Shown here: piece by piece, positions 13,304-26,692 of the stretch
Layout of the letters: the number at the start of each line of letters is the position of its first letter
Numbering within the stretch: position 1 is the stretch's first letter
Origin: Octopus vulgaris
Lineage: Eukaryota
Direction: 5' to 3'
Assembly (NCBI GenBank): GCA_951406725.2
Contig: OX597819.1
Location: 121,830,001 to 121,894,000 of the forward strand
DNA length: 64,000 nucleotides
The notes under the pieces: model-generated
What the model was told of the DNA's origin: nothing
Databases searched by the model: none
What the model saw: only the letters and a program-made list of their open reading frames with translations
Program-made: the position numbers and the translations under genes

Positions 13304-14465
13304 AGGATCTAGGATGCATCACCCAAGATCTAACATACAAAGGCTATATATACAACGTATAGAAGGTGGTAGAGGCCTTATACAGCTGGAAAATTACTAT
13401 AAAATAACCACCATAGGACTGCAATAAAATCTACTTCAGAAGGAAGGAAAACTGATACAAATAGCGGCAAAACACGAGCAAAACAAAAAACAGTTCTCAG
13501 TTGTTAGGGAAATCATACGACCTAACAAATATGAAAAAGAAGATGAAGAAACAACAAAAGCTAAAAAACAATTGAAATCCAAACTAAATATAGAACAGCA
13601 ACGAACCATGATAAAACGATGGCAAAAAAATCCCCTTCATGGCAAATACTGGACTAAACTAAATGCAAAAGAAATAGACAAAGAAAAGTCCCAGCAATGG
13701 TTGAGAAGCTCATGACTCAAAGCAGAGACAGAGCGATTTTTAATTGCAACACAAGACCAAAGCCTCCCCACCAGAAATTACAAAAAACATGTAATGAAAA
13801 GAAATATAACAAGTAACTGCAGAATGTGTGGAGATGGACAAGAAACAATAAATCATATTATCTCTGGCTGCCCAGTCCTGGCTAAGTAGGACTATATTCA
13901 CAGACACGACAGAGTTGGGACCTACATACACTGGAAGCTATGCCAAAATTATGTAATAACAACAGAAAAAAGATGGTATAGGCACACACCAGAAAAGGTC
14001 ACAGAAAACGAGAAAGCAACCATACTCTGGGATATGCCAATACACACAGACAGAGAAATTAAGGTGAACAGACCAGATATAGTTGTCAGAGATCATGAAG
14101 AAAAAAATGCTTTCTAATTGTTGTGTCAATACCAGCAGATGACAACGTATCTCTAAAAGAAATGGAGAAACTTTCAAAATACAAAGACCTGGAAATAGAG
14201 GTAACCAGAATGTGGAATCTAAAAACAGAAACAATACCTATCATAACAGGTGCATTAGGCATGATAAAAAATATAGCAAAAACACCAGGACTTACAAACA
14301 CATATATATACAGAAAATTTCACTACTAGGCACTGCACACATCCTACGCAGAACACTTTCAATACAGTAACCATCAGAGCACCACAAATCACAGCACATA
14401 CCCAAGGCACACAGAGCTGCGCTCGGTAGTGATGTGAAAGACGCTATAAAAATAAAATTACTGAG
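13304..14465 (+). mobile_element. 5'-truncated R4/Dong-like non-LTR retrotransposon (restriction-like endonuclease), antisense in intron 1 of copy 1
   Basis: HPKS..RLY..R..GGRGL, QDQSL, CRMC..ETINHIISGC zinc knuckle, RHD, ILWD, RPDIV, K..KY.DL. Followed by TAA repeats. Disrupted frame. Confidence 0.85.
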
Positions 14466-14514
14466 TTATAATAATAATAGCAATAATGATAAATATATAG
14501 ATAAAGAAACTTAC

Positions 14515-14791
14515 CGAATCTTCCTCCATAAACTGGTCGGTCGCAGTCATCATATTGGCTGTTCCGCCACACACAGACTTGTTGAGATTGAGAAAACACA
14601 GTTCGAAAACCACATGCCATCGGTATGGGAAACATAGCATTACATAAGTAGAATTCACTGCAATTATATGGGGATCGGACAAAATGTGAACCGGCTCTAA
14701 TTTGTGTCTGCTCACACAGAGTCATGATACTTTGACTGTAGACTGTTGACACTGCGATCAAGAGAATGGCGGCCACAAAACGGAACTCCAT
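14515..14791 (-). CDS. Secreted chitin-binding (2x CBM14) protein copy 1, exon 1
   Basis: acaacaATGG start, hydrophobic signal peptide (~1-19), C-x17-C-x5-C-x9-C-x12-C-x9-C, donor G|gtaagt at 14515/14514 (phase 1). Confidence 0.92.
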
Positions 14792-14911
14792 TGTTGTAAT
14801 TTTATCAATTATAAAATCAAACGAGAGTTAAGACGAATGGCTTGCAAAAACGCTATCACAACAGAATAGTAACCTTCTGTAAATGTGACTCAGATCCCTT
14901 CGAGTGAGCTT

Positions 14912-14920
14912 CTTATATAG
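14912..14920 (-). promoter_or_regulatory. TATA box of copy 1
   Basis: CTATATAAG ~120 nt upstream of the ATG, conserved in all three units. Confidence 0.7.
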
Positions 14921-15240
14921 GCCTTAAATAGGGTTAGGGTGAGGTTTTGAATAAGAATTAGGTAGTAATTCAGGTTCTTTTTTTAAAATTGATCTAATAT
15001 TTGGTCTTACTTCTTCAAGCTAACAAGCCTCCACCTAACGACCGTATTAGGCAACTATTTTATGTGCGTTGTTATTGTTGCAGTTGTTGACGTTGTTGTT
15101 GTTTTCCTTCTTCCCATCCTCCTCCGCTTCCTCCCACCTTCAGATTAGTCATCAGTTATGTCAATGTTGATGAAGGAGATGGCCTTAGCGTTTTTTGGTA
15201 GTTATTATTCTCTTACAATTGACACTACATACATATATGC

Positions 15241-15302
<62 letters not shown>

Positions 15303-15541
15303 TCATACATATATATATATATAATTATACAAATATAAATGTATATATATACATATATATATTACTATATATATATATAACACAGATAAAATAGTTGCCT
15401 GTATTTATATACATATATGCTTATATATATGCATGTAAATATTTATATATATGTATATATATAAATCTATGTAAATATATATATACATATATATAGATAT
15501 GTATATACACACATGCACACACACATATATATAAATATGTT

Positions 15542-15579
<38 letters not shown>

Positions 15580-15593
15580 CACACACACGCACG

Positions 15594-15653
<60 letters not shown>

Positions 15654-16124
15654 CACGTATAAAATAGACTTTAATTGAAATACAGTTCCCCGAAATTAAA
15701 CATATCTAATGTAATAAATGTGAATGTCAGTGTGTCACGCTTTTTCAGCTTTAATAAATCTTTTCTACGGCAAGAACATGGATTCAAATTTTTCGGAAAG
15801 GGATTAGGTTTATTCCATCAACCCCAATGCGTAACAGGTACTTATTTAATCGACCCCTAAAGGATGAACGGCAAAGTTGACCTCGGTGGATTTCGAACGC
15901 AAAACCTAACGGCAGCCCGCTGGCTAAGCGAGCAGGCCAACAGATGAAAGAGTGAGAGAAAGAGTGGTGAAAGAGTACAGCAAGGATCACCACCCCTACC
16001 GGAGCCTCGTGGAGCTTTTTAGGTGTTTTCGCTCAATAAACACACACAACGCCCGGTCTGGGAATCGAAACCGCGAGCCTGCGACAGCGTGTCCGCTGCC
16101 CTAACCACTAGGCCATTGCGCCTC

Positions 16125-16204
<80 letters not shown>

Positions 16205-16207
<3 letters not shown>

Positions 16208-19200
16208 AGTTGGTTTGTGAAAGCACGTGGTTGAATACATAGAAAATAGTAAAAAGTGAAAAAACTACAGAAGGCTAAAAGGTTAAAAAATATATATTTG
16301 AGTCAATATGTCTGAAGAATATTAAAAATTTTATTCCTACAATGACATAATTTAGAAGAAAGACCGGTTTCGCGTTTAGCTTTTCAAATTTCTTACGAAC
16401 AACCTAAATCACATAAAAGATTCTCACAAAGGCAAAATTGTTTTCTGAAATTACGGATGCAAAAGTTAAAAAATGTGGTAGATCGAACTGTGCAACATGT
16501 CCAAACCTGCTAGAAGGATCAGAATTCCTCTTTAAAGAGGGACAGAAAATTCAAGATCAAATCTATATTCAACCACGTGCTTTCACAAACCATCTTTCTT
16601 ATCTATATATTAAACACGTGAGACCGAAAATGCCAAAGAAGACCAACACCTCGGATAAAACTACAAATGAGGACATACTCAAAGAACGAAAAGTATTAAT
16701 ACACAGCTCATTACTCTGAACAACAAAATCGAGGAATCAAACCTACTCGCCCGGGAAAGTAAAAGCAGTGAAGATACAACTCGCTACACTGACCAGGTTA
16801 GTTAGGATTTGCAACTGTTATACACAACACTAAATTCAATTTTATTCAACAAATCCGAAACTAAAAAAAACACACACCAAATGAAACACAGCAGGACATC
16901 ATACGCACCCAAATTAACCCAGCAAAAAGAAAAATAGGAAACATTTGGAATACAAACCTGCACAATAGAAAACTCGCCTTCTGGAACATGATAAAAATTT
17001 CCAACAAAGCAGATATATACGAGGGATGGATGAACTCAACACCAATTATTCTCCCACGCAAATTCCAGATAAAATTAATTCCTAACGAGCCTGACGGACA
17101 GAGAACTATTAGGGAAAAGTCAGCTCTGTTCAATTTAAGATCGGAAATAGAGCTTCTAAGACTAAGGGCCTCCACAAATGAGGAAAAATTTAAAAGCATC
17201 GACGAGAAGATGCACAATATAATACAAAAACATACCGAGGGACAACCCCTCGAAAATACATTAGATCATTGGAAGGATACCTGTGAAAAATAAGAGAGAA
17301 ATTCTCTCCTGCGCTGGGAGAAAAACATCGATTGCTTCCAAAAATATAGTTCAACTTTCAAAAATGAATTGGGTACAAATAATCCCTTCTTTAAGAAAAT
17401 TACAAAAAATAAAAAAAACAACCAAACAACCCACGAACAACCCCCAACTATCCTCCATACACTAAAAACAGAAATCACCCACAACCAACCTTTGCAAACC
17501 ACGCAGGACCTAACAGGGAACTAGCTGACAGACGACGCGTCTATGAAATAAATTACACCAAAAACAGAACACACCAACAACATCCTAACACCAGACCCAA
17601 CCACCATACAGCACAAAACGACACTAGAATAAGAAATACACCACACACAAGTCGCTACTACCCCATGAACCAAAATTACTGGCCCCCACTGAACACAAGA
17701 CAAACGCAAAAAAACACTATGTCAAGCAACATCCCACATACAAGCAGTTCGAAACAAAAATATTTCACATATAGAAATTTTACACACACCACAAACAAAA
17801 ACAACCATAGATTCCCACACACACACAGCGATCGGGGGCAACAATACCACCATTCCCCCGACCCAATATCACACAACCTCTCAGACAACTCATACAAACA
17901 AAATTACACCCAACATTTTTTAGCCAGGGACCAGAGACACCAGGACACAGGCTGGAACCTAGTAATAAGGAAAAACCGAAGATAATCAATCTTTCAACCA
18001 AACCTCTTTCTAACATAAAAATTGACATCCTCTCAAAAGGGCTCACATTTACACCAACTCCGCGCGGAGCCAACCTAAATGAAATCAAGGATAATATAAC
18101 AGAATTTCGCAGAAAATTAAGACTAGCAGAAGCATCAACAAGTTTCAATACTGAAGATGAATCACTAGTCAAGAACAAAAGTGAACACATCCCACACAGA
18201 GGAAGAAATAAAGATCTTGACGAATTCTGTAACCACATTGAGAACTTTCCCTACCATACTATACATAAACAGAAAGTTAACTCAAAGTTTAACACTACAC
18301 AATGGAAGGAACTGATAGAACTTCAAAATGATGAGGATATAACCATTAAGGAAGCAGACAAGGGAAATGCAGTTGTAATAATGGATACATAATACTATAG
18401 ACATCTTGTAATCTCTTTACTTGATGACGACCTACATTATGAAAAAATTACCAACTACACCCCACAAAAAATAATGAAAACTCTATCTTCACTAATTAAA
18501 ACCCATGAAAAGGAACTAACAACCAAAGAGATTGATTTTCTAACAAATTTTAAATGCAAACCTAGCCTTTTCTATGATATGCCAAAAATTCATAAAAGCC
18601 AAATTATAAATGAAACCATTAAAAAATCACCAAAGACATACATACACACACCTAACCCGGGGGACCTAAAACTACGACCCATTGTCGCTGGCCCAACCTG
18701 TGAAACACACAGACTAAGTCTATTTATGGACATCCTCCTGAAACCCTTCCTTAAACATATCGATAGCCATATCAGAGATGACTTAGATATGTTAAAACAC
18801 CTTAAAAATAAAGCCAAGGAAGAAACAATCCTGGTTTCATTTGATATAGTTAACTTATATACCAATATACCTCATAATTATGGACTAGAGGCAATACAGT
18901 TCTGGCTGGACCAATTTCCGGAAGAAATACCAAAAAGGATCAGTAAAGAATTCATTACTAAATCAATTGAATTCATCCTACATAATAACCACTTCATGTT
19001 TGACAATACATTTTACCTCAAAAATCCGGAATTGCTATGGGTACAAGGGCAGCACCAGTCATTGCGAACCTAACAATGGGCTACATGGAAATAATCATTT
19101 ACCAGGAATCTTTATCAATCTTTGGAAACCCCCTTTCTCAATACATAAAAGAGAAATGGAAACGATTCTTAGACGATTGTTTTATACTCTGGAATGAAAA

Positions 19201-20527
19201 CACAGATAAACTCCTAAAATTTAAAATCCTATTGAACAGCATAAACCCAAATATACAGTTCACAATGGAACACAACCAAAAGGAGCTCCCGTTCTTGGAT
19301 ATACTAATTTAAAAAATTAACCTTAAAATAGAAACAGACATATTTTACAAAGCCACAGACGCCAAACAATAATTCTTTTTAATTCATGCCACCCAAGACA
19401 CACTAAAACAAACATCCCCTTCAACCTTGCAAGAAAGATATGCACAATGGTGTCAGAACAAAATACTAGGAACTTTAGACTGCAAGAACTCAAAAACACC
19501 CTAATTGACAGACATTACCCAGCTCAACTCATAGAGGATGGGATCAGACGTGCAACAGAAATCAACATAGGATCTTTAAGAAAAGTTCAACACAACAACA
19601 CACCTTCCCCGAAAATACTACCTTACATATCTACATGCAACCCCAGAAACAAAGTAGCCTTCACCATCATCACCCAGAATTTACCAATACTTAATAAGGA
19701 CCCCAAATTAAAGGAAATTCTAAACATACACCAAATCATTAAAAGCTACAAACAACCTAAATCACTTAAAAAGATTCTCACAAAGGCAAAATTGTTTTCT
19801 GAAATTACGGATGCAAAAGTAAAAAAATGTGGTAGATCGAACTGTGCAACATGTCCAAACCTGCTAGAAGGATCAGAATTCCTCTTTAAAGAGGGACAGA
19901 AATTCAAGATCAAATCTAACTTTACTTGTGCCTCTGAAAACATAATGTATGTCATAAAATGCTCGGGCTGCCACCAAGACTACGTGGGATCCACGGGACT
20001 ATCACTCAGATGTAGATGCACACTGCATCGACAACAGATTGCATTCCCAGAATACAGAATGATACCTTTAATGAGCACATTGAGAAATGCGCAAAGCAAC
20101 TACTACCACAATTTTAAATCTTTCCATTTTACCAATGTGCTATCGGATCATCAACACAAATTAGACTAAACAAGGAAACATTCTTCATTGAAAAGTACAA
20201 GCCCAGACTTAACCATGCCAAAATACTGATACAGAGAAATTCACACCAAGGGAAAGGAAAACAAATTTAAGCGATTATCTCCCTTACACCGGAAGAAATC
20301 ACTCATTACCTCCCCTTATTTAGTACTCTTTTAAACATAAACATAACGATAACTCTGTTCAACATAAACATAACGTCGCATGAAATTTGAAAAGCTAAAC
20401 GCGAAACTGGTCTTTCTTCTAAATTATGTCATTGTAGGAAAAAAATTTTAATATTCTTCAGACATATTGACTCAAATATATTTTTTTAACCTTTAAGCCT
20501 TCTGTAGATTTTTCACTTTTCACTTTT
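16205..20527 (+). mobile_element. Penelope-like element family B (Neptune-type), near full-length but degenerate, with inverted 5' pLTR
   Basis: RT fragments 18474..19312 (LRPIV, SFDIVNLY, RFLDD), CGRSNCATC knuckle, GIY-YIG MYVIKC..YVGSTG. ~16250-16392 is the reverse complement of ~20382-20520. Confidence 0.9.
16358..16392 (-). ncRNA. Hammerhead-like motif (U3-A8) in the PLE-B inverted pLTR; sense copy at 20382-20416
   Basis: GAAA(t)-TTGAAAA-GC(taaac)GC-GAAA-CCGGT-C-TTTC. Confidence 0.55.
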
Positions 20528-20549
20528 CTCTCTCTCTCTCTCTCTCTCT

Positions 20550-20642
<93 letters not shown>

Positions 20643-20955
20643 GTATGTATATGTATGTTGTTTTATTTAATTTAAAATATATATACACACTAATTATGCA
20701 ACTATTTAACTATATTTATAGTAACAAATAATACTTAGGCCTATTGTAGACGTGCTTATCTCAAGGTGTGTATATACATATATGCATATATATGCGCATG
20801 CATACATTTATACACATGTGATATGTAGGAGTGTTAATGCATTAACAAAGCTTAGCCTTCTTAACATGTGGTTCTTCCGAATATAGTGGCTCTTGGAGAA
20901 GGTTTGATTGTTTAGACACACATATATATAGATATAGTTCTATATCTAAAAGATT

Positions 20956-21212
20956 CCACGGGCATACGGGGTAGTTGTTAAGAGCTCTGGCTACTAACCC
21001 CAAGATTCCGAGTTCGATTCCAAGCAGTGACCTGAAAAACAACGATAATAATAAATAATAATAATAACAACAGCTTCGAAAGATACCCTAGGAATGAGAA
21101 CCCACGTTCGAAATTTCCCCAAGACACTTGATGAAGGATGGAGGGTATATCAGCCGAAACGTTGTGTTAACAAAAAACAAGATGAGGACAAATATCCGTC
21201 GAATGTAAATAA
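20956..21212 (+). mobile_element. tRNA-headed SINE-like element with hammerhead motif (unit 2)
   Basis: ACAC-TTGATGAA-GGATG(gagggtatat)CAGCC-GAAA-CGT-T-GTGT at ~21123-21168. Confidence 0.65.
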
Positions 21213-21989
21213 TATATATAAATGTCTTTGTAATTTGTTTTTTAAAACTTAACTATTGAAGGACCCTTCTATTTTATCCTTCTCACTTAAATTATCGAAA
21301 TTGGAAAGTGAATACTTAATCATATTACTGTCTCACTTTGCTATTGAAAAAAAAAAACATGAACGACCAATTCACATAAAGCTTTATTTATCTATTGTAT
21401 TTCGGGACGGTCATTTGTTATTACTTGTTTTGGTAAATAAATACACGCACTATATATTCGTTCTTCACCTGTTTATTTCTGTTTTTATTCTAAGTCCATT
21501 GTCCGGAAATCATTCGTCACACATCTGTGACCTCTTCAGTGACACTTTCCGTTCTCGTATGTGCTCTTGCTCCGCTTAGACTATAAACGTTTATTTATCT
21601 ATTTTTACCCCCAAATAAAATTTTTAAATGGTAGCGTCATTGTGTTACAGATTATGTAAGAGAGGAAAGAATCTTTCAGTCTTTCTAACTCTAGAGATAT
21701 TTCAAAGTCAACCAAGGTCAAAGAGTTAGAAATAAACCTCAGTGGTAACGAAATGGTATGTACAGGTCTGTGGATGGCTTCTTGACAGTAATGTGAATTA
21801 AAATTATTTCATTACCAGGTGTTCTTTTACTCGTTTCAGTCATTTGACTGCGGCCATGCTGGATCACCGCCTTTTTGTCGAAGAAATCGACCCCTGGACT
21901 TATTCCTTGTAAGCCTGGAGCTTATTCTATCGGTCTCTTCTGCCGAACCGCTAATGTTACGGGGGCCATAAACACATCAACATCGGTTG

Positions 21990-22038
<49 letters not shown>

Positions 22039-22287
22039 TATATATATATATGAAGGGCTTCTTTCAGATTCCGTCTACCAAATCCACTCACAAGGCTTTG
22101 TTTGGACCAAGGCTATAGTAGCAGACACTTGCCCAAGGTGCCACGCGGTGGGGCTGAAGCCGGAAATGAACCATGTGGTCGGTAAGCAAGCTTCTTATCA
22201 CACAACCACGCCTGCGCCTAGGAGAACTGAAGGAAAATCCTTTGGTAGACGGAAACTAAAAGGAGCCCGTCGTATATACATACATAT

Positions 22288-22458
<171 letters not shown>

Positions 22459-22712
22459 TAATAATAATACATAAAAAGTGTGTTATTGTCTCGAAGATTT
22501 TCATGGTAGTTGAAAAGTCATTAGCGTCTATTTCTAATTCAGTACGAGGCGAAGCAATTGGCTGAGCCCTGATTATAATTAAGTATATAATTATAGAATA
22601 TTTTGTATAATTTACGTAAAAAGGTTTTTTAGCGTTCTGACTACTTGGTAAAATTATTAATTATTATTTAATTAGTTAATCAATTTTACTCTCTCTCTCT
22701 CTCTTATATATC

Positions 22713-22849
<137 letters not shown>

Positions 22850-22888
22850 TATATATAGTAAAAAAAGCAACAAGAATGGATCAAAATA

Positions 22889-22973
22889 TCGGTACAATTG
22901 TTTCGTACGAAGACATCTTTAATAAGGCTACAAAAATTGCAGTAAATATAGGTGGCTCGTACTCATCAGCCGA
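22889..22973 (-). ncRNA. Canonical type I hammerhead (unit 2 copy), within inverted element ~22857-23503
   Basis: Same sequence as 6545-6629. Confidence 0.85.
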
Positions 22974-23502
22974 AAAAACATCCGAGATTTCCAAACATCA
23001 AAGGGGTAATGTTACTCGTGAAACACATGGAAAGTTCTATAAAAATGGATATTTAGATAAGAAGTTGGTTTCTAAGATTTCAAATAGTATTACACAGTCA
23101 TATATCAGGTTTTTAAAAAGTATTTTCAAAACATCTTAGTTTTCCAGGAAGTGAAGAAAAAGGTGAGGGTGTGAATATATCCTTATTGAAGAAAGTTGGA
23201 TTCCTGGAGATATGATGAGAATTATTGTACTCACAGAATATGCGTTTGTCCATATATAGTTTTTTTCGCCTGATGGGTACGAGCCATCTATATTTACTAC
23301 AATTTTTGTAGCCTTATAAAAAGACGTATTCTTACGAAACAATTGTACCGATATTTTGATCCATTCTTGTTGCTTTTCTCCTATTTGTAATCTCCCCACT
23401 TTATCGTATGGTTAACACCGTATAGATTTCTGGTGTATCCTAGTCAAGTACCATATTCATGTGAATTCAATAGAACTCATTTGAATCTTAAGTTCTTAAA
23501 CC

Positions 23503-23557
<55 letters not shown>

Positions 23558-24414
23558 CACTTCGTCGGTTGCGACGATCAGAGTTCCAGCTAATCCAAAC
23601 GATGTCCTTATCGTGAAATTACCGTTGCTGAGCACTCCATAAACATGCATACACTTAGTTTCTTTGAATGAATATCTTAAAAGGAAACTCTCTAAGAAAT
23701 CCCATCATATTCATACATACACAAATAAATATTTGTCTGTGCTAACTACATCCCCAATGATGGAGCCTTGTATCTTTGCTGAAAACCGGCTCCCTCCTCA
23801 GTGGAAGATTTATAATCATTAGAAAATTGAAGATACACGCACTTGCTATGGGTTAGCTCCCCTGATCTGTATATTTATTTTGAAATCCTGCGTAACCTTG
23901 CGTAGTTTCGTGTCTTCTCAAACAAAACGGACGTTATTACCAGTTTCATTATTTATCCATAAATAAATGATATTTATTCACCAATGCAATGTTGAGTATT
24001 CATTCTCAGATTTCGATACTAACGTCTATATATATGTAAGTGTGTGTGTGTGTGTGTGGAGGTGCAATGGCCCAGTGGTTAAGGCAGCGGTCGTGAGATC
24101 GCGGTTTCGATTCCCAGACCGGGCATTGTCAGTGTTTATTGAGCGGAAACACCTAAAGCTCCACGAGGCTCCAACAGGGAGTGGTGGCGGATCCTGCTGT
24201 ACTCTTTCACCATTACTTTCTCTCACTCTTTCTTCTGTGTTTCTGTTGTACTTGTATTTCAAAGGGTCAGCCTTGTGACACACTGTGTCACGCTGAATCT
24301 GCACGAGAACTTCGTTCAGGACACACAGCCACTTACACGTTACTTTTCCGAGCAGGCTGTTCCGTTGATCGGATAAACTGGAACCCTTGTCGTAGTAACC
24401 GATGGAGTGCCACG

Positions 24415-24459
<45 letters not shown>

Positions 24460-24912
24460 TTAGTTTGTTTGCACCTCCGTGACCTAGCGGTTCGGCTAAA
24501 AGACTAATAGGAAAAGCATCAAACTTAAGTCGAAGTTTTTGACGAAAATCCCTTGAAGGCGCTGACCCACCATAGTCGCAGCCCAATGACTGAAAGCAGT
24601 GTTAAAGAACTTACCAACTGTAATCAAAAAGTATCCAACCTTTTTTTTATTTTGCGCAAAATAACAAAGCGTGAGCAAAATCTGCATGGGTATGCGCAAA
24701 GATTTCCCCCTGCAGTGATGTGTCGGGTACAGCCTTGAAGTGTGCTGTGAGATTTTTTTTAGTCAAACTTTTAAAAAATATTACTTGTTTTTTTGGCCAA
24801 AGGTCGGATCATTTTTGTCTACACATACTACTTGCAAATTTATTGGAATTTATAAATATTATGCACTAAAATGTTTCAGAATTCAAAAATTAAAGAAATG
24901 GACGAAATTCAG

Positions 24913-25032
24913 TTTTGCAGTTTTAAAGAACTTTATTTTTCACAAACAAGCATTTCTAAAAGTTATTGTATTTCAAGTCTTACTGGTTACAGAAAACAGC
25001 CTTGCGATCATTGCTGATCTTGAAACGCAATT
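24913..25032 (-). other. Predicted terminal exon 3 of copy 2
   Basis: Acceptor tttcag|AA at 25033/25032 and AATAAA at 24937-24932. 3' end approximate. Confidence 0.55.
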
Positions 25033-25756
25033 CTGAAATATACAAAATATGAATATATACATAGATATAAAAAAGATATAAAAATGCTTTTAAAAATCTA
25101 GAAGTTAATCTTATCTTCCAAAAATAAATCCTTGTAGGTAAAAGTCTTAAATTAGAAAATTGCGATCAAGTGTCTATAGAATTTGCATAATTTACTATTT
25201 TTCTTTAGCCCTGGGACACATCGGAACGCTTAATCAATTACCATGGCATATTACTGACGAAGATCACAACATTCCATATGAACGTGACTTTGGTCCATCA
25301 CAGTATATAAGGCCAGCAATTTCCAATGACGATAGAAGCCGATACCAATAACACCACTTTATATTCATGTCTTTACTGCCCACAAGGGGCTATACACAGA
25401 GGGGACAGTCAAGGACAAACAAACGGATTAAGTTTATTATATCGACCCCAGCGCGTAACTGGTACTTATGTAATCGACCCCGAAAGGATGAAAGGCAAAG
25501 TCGACCTCGGCGGAATTTGAACTCAGAACGTAACAGCAGACGAAATACGGCTACGCATTTCACCCGGCGTGCTAACGATTCTGCCAGCTCGCCGCCCTAC
25601 ATAATCTTTTCTACTATAGGAACAAGGCCTACTATAGGAACAAGGTTTTACTATTACTATGTCCGCTAGGACTCTAGATCTTTCTGTAATGCGATAATTT
25701 AGAAATAAACGTGTCAAACGAAATATGATAAAATGAAATATAAAGAAGTTACTTAC

Positions 25757-25936
25757 ATTGGTTTTGACAATATGGCGGAGGAATTTCGCTACATCTTTGA
25801 GTTTGGGGGTCAAAGAAAAGATTGAATTGACACGGCATGGAAGGGTATGAGGTACGCTTGAAACAGGGAATATACCTGTGGCAGTCAGCAGGGTCACGGT
25901 TCATCCCGTCTGGGTATTGGTTACAGAGAGGATCAT
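25757..25936 (-). CDS. Chitin-binding protein copy 2, exon 2
   Basis: 180 nt, AG/GT intact. DDPLCNQYPDGMNRDPADCHRYIPCFKRTSYPSMPCQFNLFFDPQTQRCSEIPPPYCQNQ. Confidence 0.9.
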
Positions 25937-26692
25937 CTGAAGAGAAAATGTTTTAATAAAGTTTTAATGCAAGCGCGATAATTAATTTTGGTCATATCTT
26001 GATTTTTAGAAAATGTAGTCACAAGGACCATATATTATGAAATAGTATCAAATGATACAATATATACATCAGTTCACATATATACAAATGCAGATATATA
26101 TTACTTCCGGTTTTCCTAGAGGAAAGACGCGTTTGCTTTTGCTCTGTGAAAAAAACAAGAAGATTTGCATAAATCGACGAAATAATCTACTAAAACTAAC
26201 AAAACGTAGAACTTGTTAACTCATAACGATCTACTAAAATACATTAATTAAAAATATATTAATTAAAAACGTAATATATTTCGCTTGAAGCCAAATATAA
26301 TACATTAAAGTTAGTTACGCATGCTAGATTCTTCGCCGAAAAAGCACGTGGTGGCAAGTCTTTAACTTATCTCCAACCAAATGTAAGAAGGAAAAAGAAT
26401 TGTTCTCTTTTCTGTTTTGAAAGAAAACTTCTTCGTACAAGCACGAAGGTTTGGACTGTTCCTTTTACGATAAGTAACGTTTTCATATTTTTGTTTATTA
26501 TTTTTTATTTTCCTTTAACATCTCAGTTACGATTTACGACGCCATCTTTGTTTACATTCTGAGAATAACTTTCTTTCAATTTCTGTTTCGCTTTCAATTT
26601 ATCTTTCATTTTATCTCTATAAAACTAATATTTAAAAATTCGTTTCATATGTTTATTTTCATGTAATTTAAGCTTACGACTGAGAAATATAA

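Noticed and set aside
14444-14514. ORF-track C-terminus GKFLYLYIYHYCYYYY... (also in copies 2 and 3)
   Set aside because: Read-through past a consensus G|GTAAGT donor into intronic TAA repeats; the frame continues in exon 2.
14930-14940. Telomere-like GGGTTAGGG next to the TATA box
   Set aside because: Only about 1.5 repeats; not an interstitial telomere.
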